From assembly GCA_030611185.1 (NCBI GenBank), contig JAUWQG010000001.1, positions 1 through 26,928 of the forward strand: DNA of 26,928 bases, read 5' to 3'. Positions 25,297 to 26,928 of the stretch are shown here, piece by piece. Below the pieces are notes generated by a model. The model did no database searches, had not been told where the DNA came from, and saw nothing but the letters and a program-made list of their open reading frames with translations. The position numbers were made by a program, and so were the translations under genes. Positions within the stretch are counted from its first letter, which is position 1, and each line of letters begins with the position of its first letter. This DNA is from Nitrososphaerota archaeon. Its GTDB lineage: Archaea; Thermoproteota; Nitrososphaeria; Nitrososphaerales; Nitrosopumilaceae.

Positions 25297-26463
25297 TTAG
25301 AATACAGGTATTCCCATTTTTCTAATACTGGTTTTTGATCTTTGTTTTGCACGTTTGGATAAATTCCTCAATAATTTTTGGCTAAGTTCTTCTAAGACTT
25401 CACCTAGATCAAACCCTACAGATTTGTAAATTAACGGTGCATGATGAGATGTAGTAATCATAATTGTTACATCAAATTTTCCTTCTCTCTTTCCACCACT
25501 TCTTTGTTTTTTTATTGCAACTCTAGCTTCATGAATTTCAGAATAAGTTTGCTGCAATCTTTTGAGAGTTTTTTCAAATTTGGAGCTAATCAAATTAGAA
25601 TTTTTTTGATCTTCTGGCATTCCAACTATGAATAATGGAATTTGTGTTTCTATTTTGGATGCTAATAATCCTAGAACATCTTTGAATGTGATTATACCTT
25701 GTAGATTATCCCAGAGATTAACTAGACAACATGTTGTGTCGCTTTTCAGCATTAATTTGAGAATTTTGTTTAGATCATCGTTTGGTGAACATTGAGGAAT
25801 CCTTGTGCTTCCAGTATTTGCAATTTTAGATTCTAGTTTATGAATTCGGTTTGCACCTTTAGAAAAGCGCCCTAGACTTTCTTTTGGAATAATAGATTCA
25901 ATCAGGTGTGAAGAGGTCAAAACTTGTTTTATTTTGTCGTTATTGATTACTGGAAGATGATCTATTTTCTTACTAATCATTATTCGTTTTGCAGTACTTA
26001 GTGATTCATCTGAGCTGATTGTAATTGGATTTTGGGTATAAATCAAATTGGCTTTTATCCATTTGTTATCCTTTAAGGAAAGTAATTTGAGAATTTGTTT
26101 TGCAGTGACTACTCCAATGATTTTATTTTTGGTGACCACAGGAACTTCTCTTGTTCTGTAATGAGTCATGATATGGGATGCTTTTTGAATTGAATCATTT
26201 GGAGAAATGTATGGAACTGGAGAAAGGAAAGGCTCTACTTTCATAGTAGTGATATTTTTGGCATTTAGTAATGAAAGGATGTTAGTGGAAAGGGTAGTTT
26301 TACCATGAATACAAAATACATCATATGCCTTATTTCGAGTAATTTTATTGATTACTGAAGATAAAGTTTCAGTTGGTTCTATAATTGTAGGTTTTGTTAT
26401 AATGTTCTTTACTTTGGTGGATTGAAAATCTTTTAGATGCTCATGAATTGTATCAGTAATCAT
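25297..26463 (-). CDS. Four CBS repeats fused to a C-terminal HPF/RaiA-like domain (putative ribosome hibernation factor, Hib-like)
   Basis: Two CBS pairs (..VPVV..KIIGVVT..; HLPVI; LQGIITFKD). The last ~110 aa follow the HPF beta-alpha-beta-beta-beta-alpha pattern, including DL..L..L..KL.R.L.K. Confidence 0.85.
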   Translation of the reverse strand: MITDTIHEHLKDFQSTKVKNIITKPTIIEPTETLSSVINKITRNKAYDVFCIHGKTTLSTNILSLLNAKNITTMKVEPFLSPVPYISPNDSIQKASHIMTHYRTREVPVVTKNKIIGVVTAKQILKLLSLKDNKWIKANLIYTQNPITISSDESLSTAKRIMISKKIDHLPVINNDKIKQVLTSSHLIESIIPKESLGRFSKGANRIHKLESKIANTGSTRIPQCSPNDDLNKILKLMLKSDTTCCLVNLWDNLQGIITFKDVLGLLASKIETQIPLFIVGMPEDQKNSNLISSKFEKTLKRLQQTYSEIHEARVAIKKQRSGGKREGKFDVTIMITTSHHAPLIYKSVGFDLGEVLEELSQKLLRNLSKRAKQRSKTSIRKMGIPVF

Positions 26464-26583
26464 ATTCCTCAGTTGATAAACTACCCTATTTTAAATTAAA
26501 AGAAAGCCCTAGATTTTCAAATTTGATTTTCATGTGTGATATTAGAGTTCATGTATTTAACCACTAAAACCTGAGTTGAATTA

Positions 26584-26928
26584 TTGCTATTAAAAAATAC
26601 CAGCCTAAATCAGATAATAATTAAAAGAACAATCACAATTAGTCCAAATACTAGCTTGCTTGATGCAAGAGAAATTTTACTTCGACATAATTTAAAACGA
26701 CTAGTAGTTATTAACACTAAAAAATTTCCAGTAGGAATTATTACGGAAAAAGATATTGCAAAGACGATCTATGCCTTAGGTGACAAACCAATCAAGTCTG
26801 TAAAGGTTTCTGGATTTATGTCTAAAAAATTATTTACCGTAAAAAAAACTGCTTCTGTTTATAATTCTGCTAAATTAATGAAAAAACACCATATTAGTTC
26901 AGTTATAGTTTTAGGAAAAAATGGAGTT
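26584..26928 (+). CDS. CBS-domain protein (partial, runs off the window)
   Basis: Manual translation from TTG 26584 (in-frame TGA at 26572-26574): MLLKNTSLNQIIIKRTITISPNTSLLDAREILLRHNLKRLVVINTKKFPVGIITEKDIA...MSKKLFTV...HHISSVIV. Missing from the ORF track because it has no stop in the window. Confidence 0.88.
   Translation, partial: MLLKNTSLNQIIIKRTITISPNTSLLDAREILLRHNLKRLVVINTKKFPVGIITEKDIAKTIYALGDKPIKSVKVSGFMSKKLFTVKKTASVYNSAKLMKKHHISSVIVLGKNGV

Noticed and set aside
273-25635. Antisense or shadow ORFs in the track (273-533, 1235-1432, 2344-2529, 2565-2882, 3665-3937, 5278-5604, 6100-6339, 6895-7182, 9094-9345, 9807-9989, 9967-10428, 11186-11419, 11728-11976, 12888-13070, 16503-16688, 18677-18862, 18863-19120, 20500-20718, 20655-20867, 20877-21074, 23586-23777, 24389-24625, 25441-25635)
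   Set aside because: They lie within or largely overlap well-supported genes and show no motifs; their composition is typical of reverse-frame read-through.
3489-26586. Many TTG/GTG start codons (e.g. 3489, 3543, 6116, 8804, 12802, 17663, 19724, 21627, 26584)
   Set aside because: Alternative starts are common in this lineage and some may be ORF-caller artefacts, so this is not a local anomaly.

Overview
AT-rich archaeal chromosomal segment, most consistent with a Nitrosopumilaceae ammonia-oxidising thaumarchaeon. This is inferred from gene content: an ESCRT-III/CdvB paralog, a GPN GTPase, a PAC2-family protein, COG3432/COG2512-type regulators and many TTG/GTG starts. Recognisable genes are nth; sulfate activation and reduction (sat, cysH, and 17 kb away cysQ and cysC); a ThiI-like THUMP protein; a GT-B glycosyltransferase; two SDRs; a UPF0104 membrane protein; GPN GTPase-thrB-queC; folE and queE (preQ0/archaeosine pathway); a hemerythrin-domain protein; a CPA1 antiporter; and a right-end operon. 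I found no tRNA, rRNA, CRISPR array or mobile element. The best leads are: (1) a 4xCBS + HPF/RaiA-fold protein (ribosome-hibernation-factor-like) in an operon with an HbYX-tailed PAC2 protein and an Hsp20, facing a second CBS gene; (2) two unannotated GC-rich structured RNA candidates, one with a textbook K-turn (5979-6054) and one multibranched, behind its own TATA box and a 9-codon leaderless ORF (18252-18381); (3) a putative transmembrane signalling cassette (soluble wHTH, membrane-anchored HTH, secreted helical-repeat protein, divergent secreted protein) with an 11-bp tandem operator-like repeat. All family assignments come from motifs read by eye; no database search or folding program was run.
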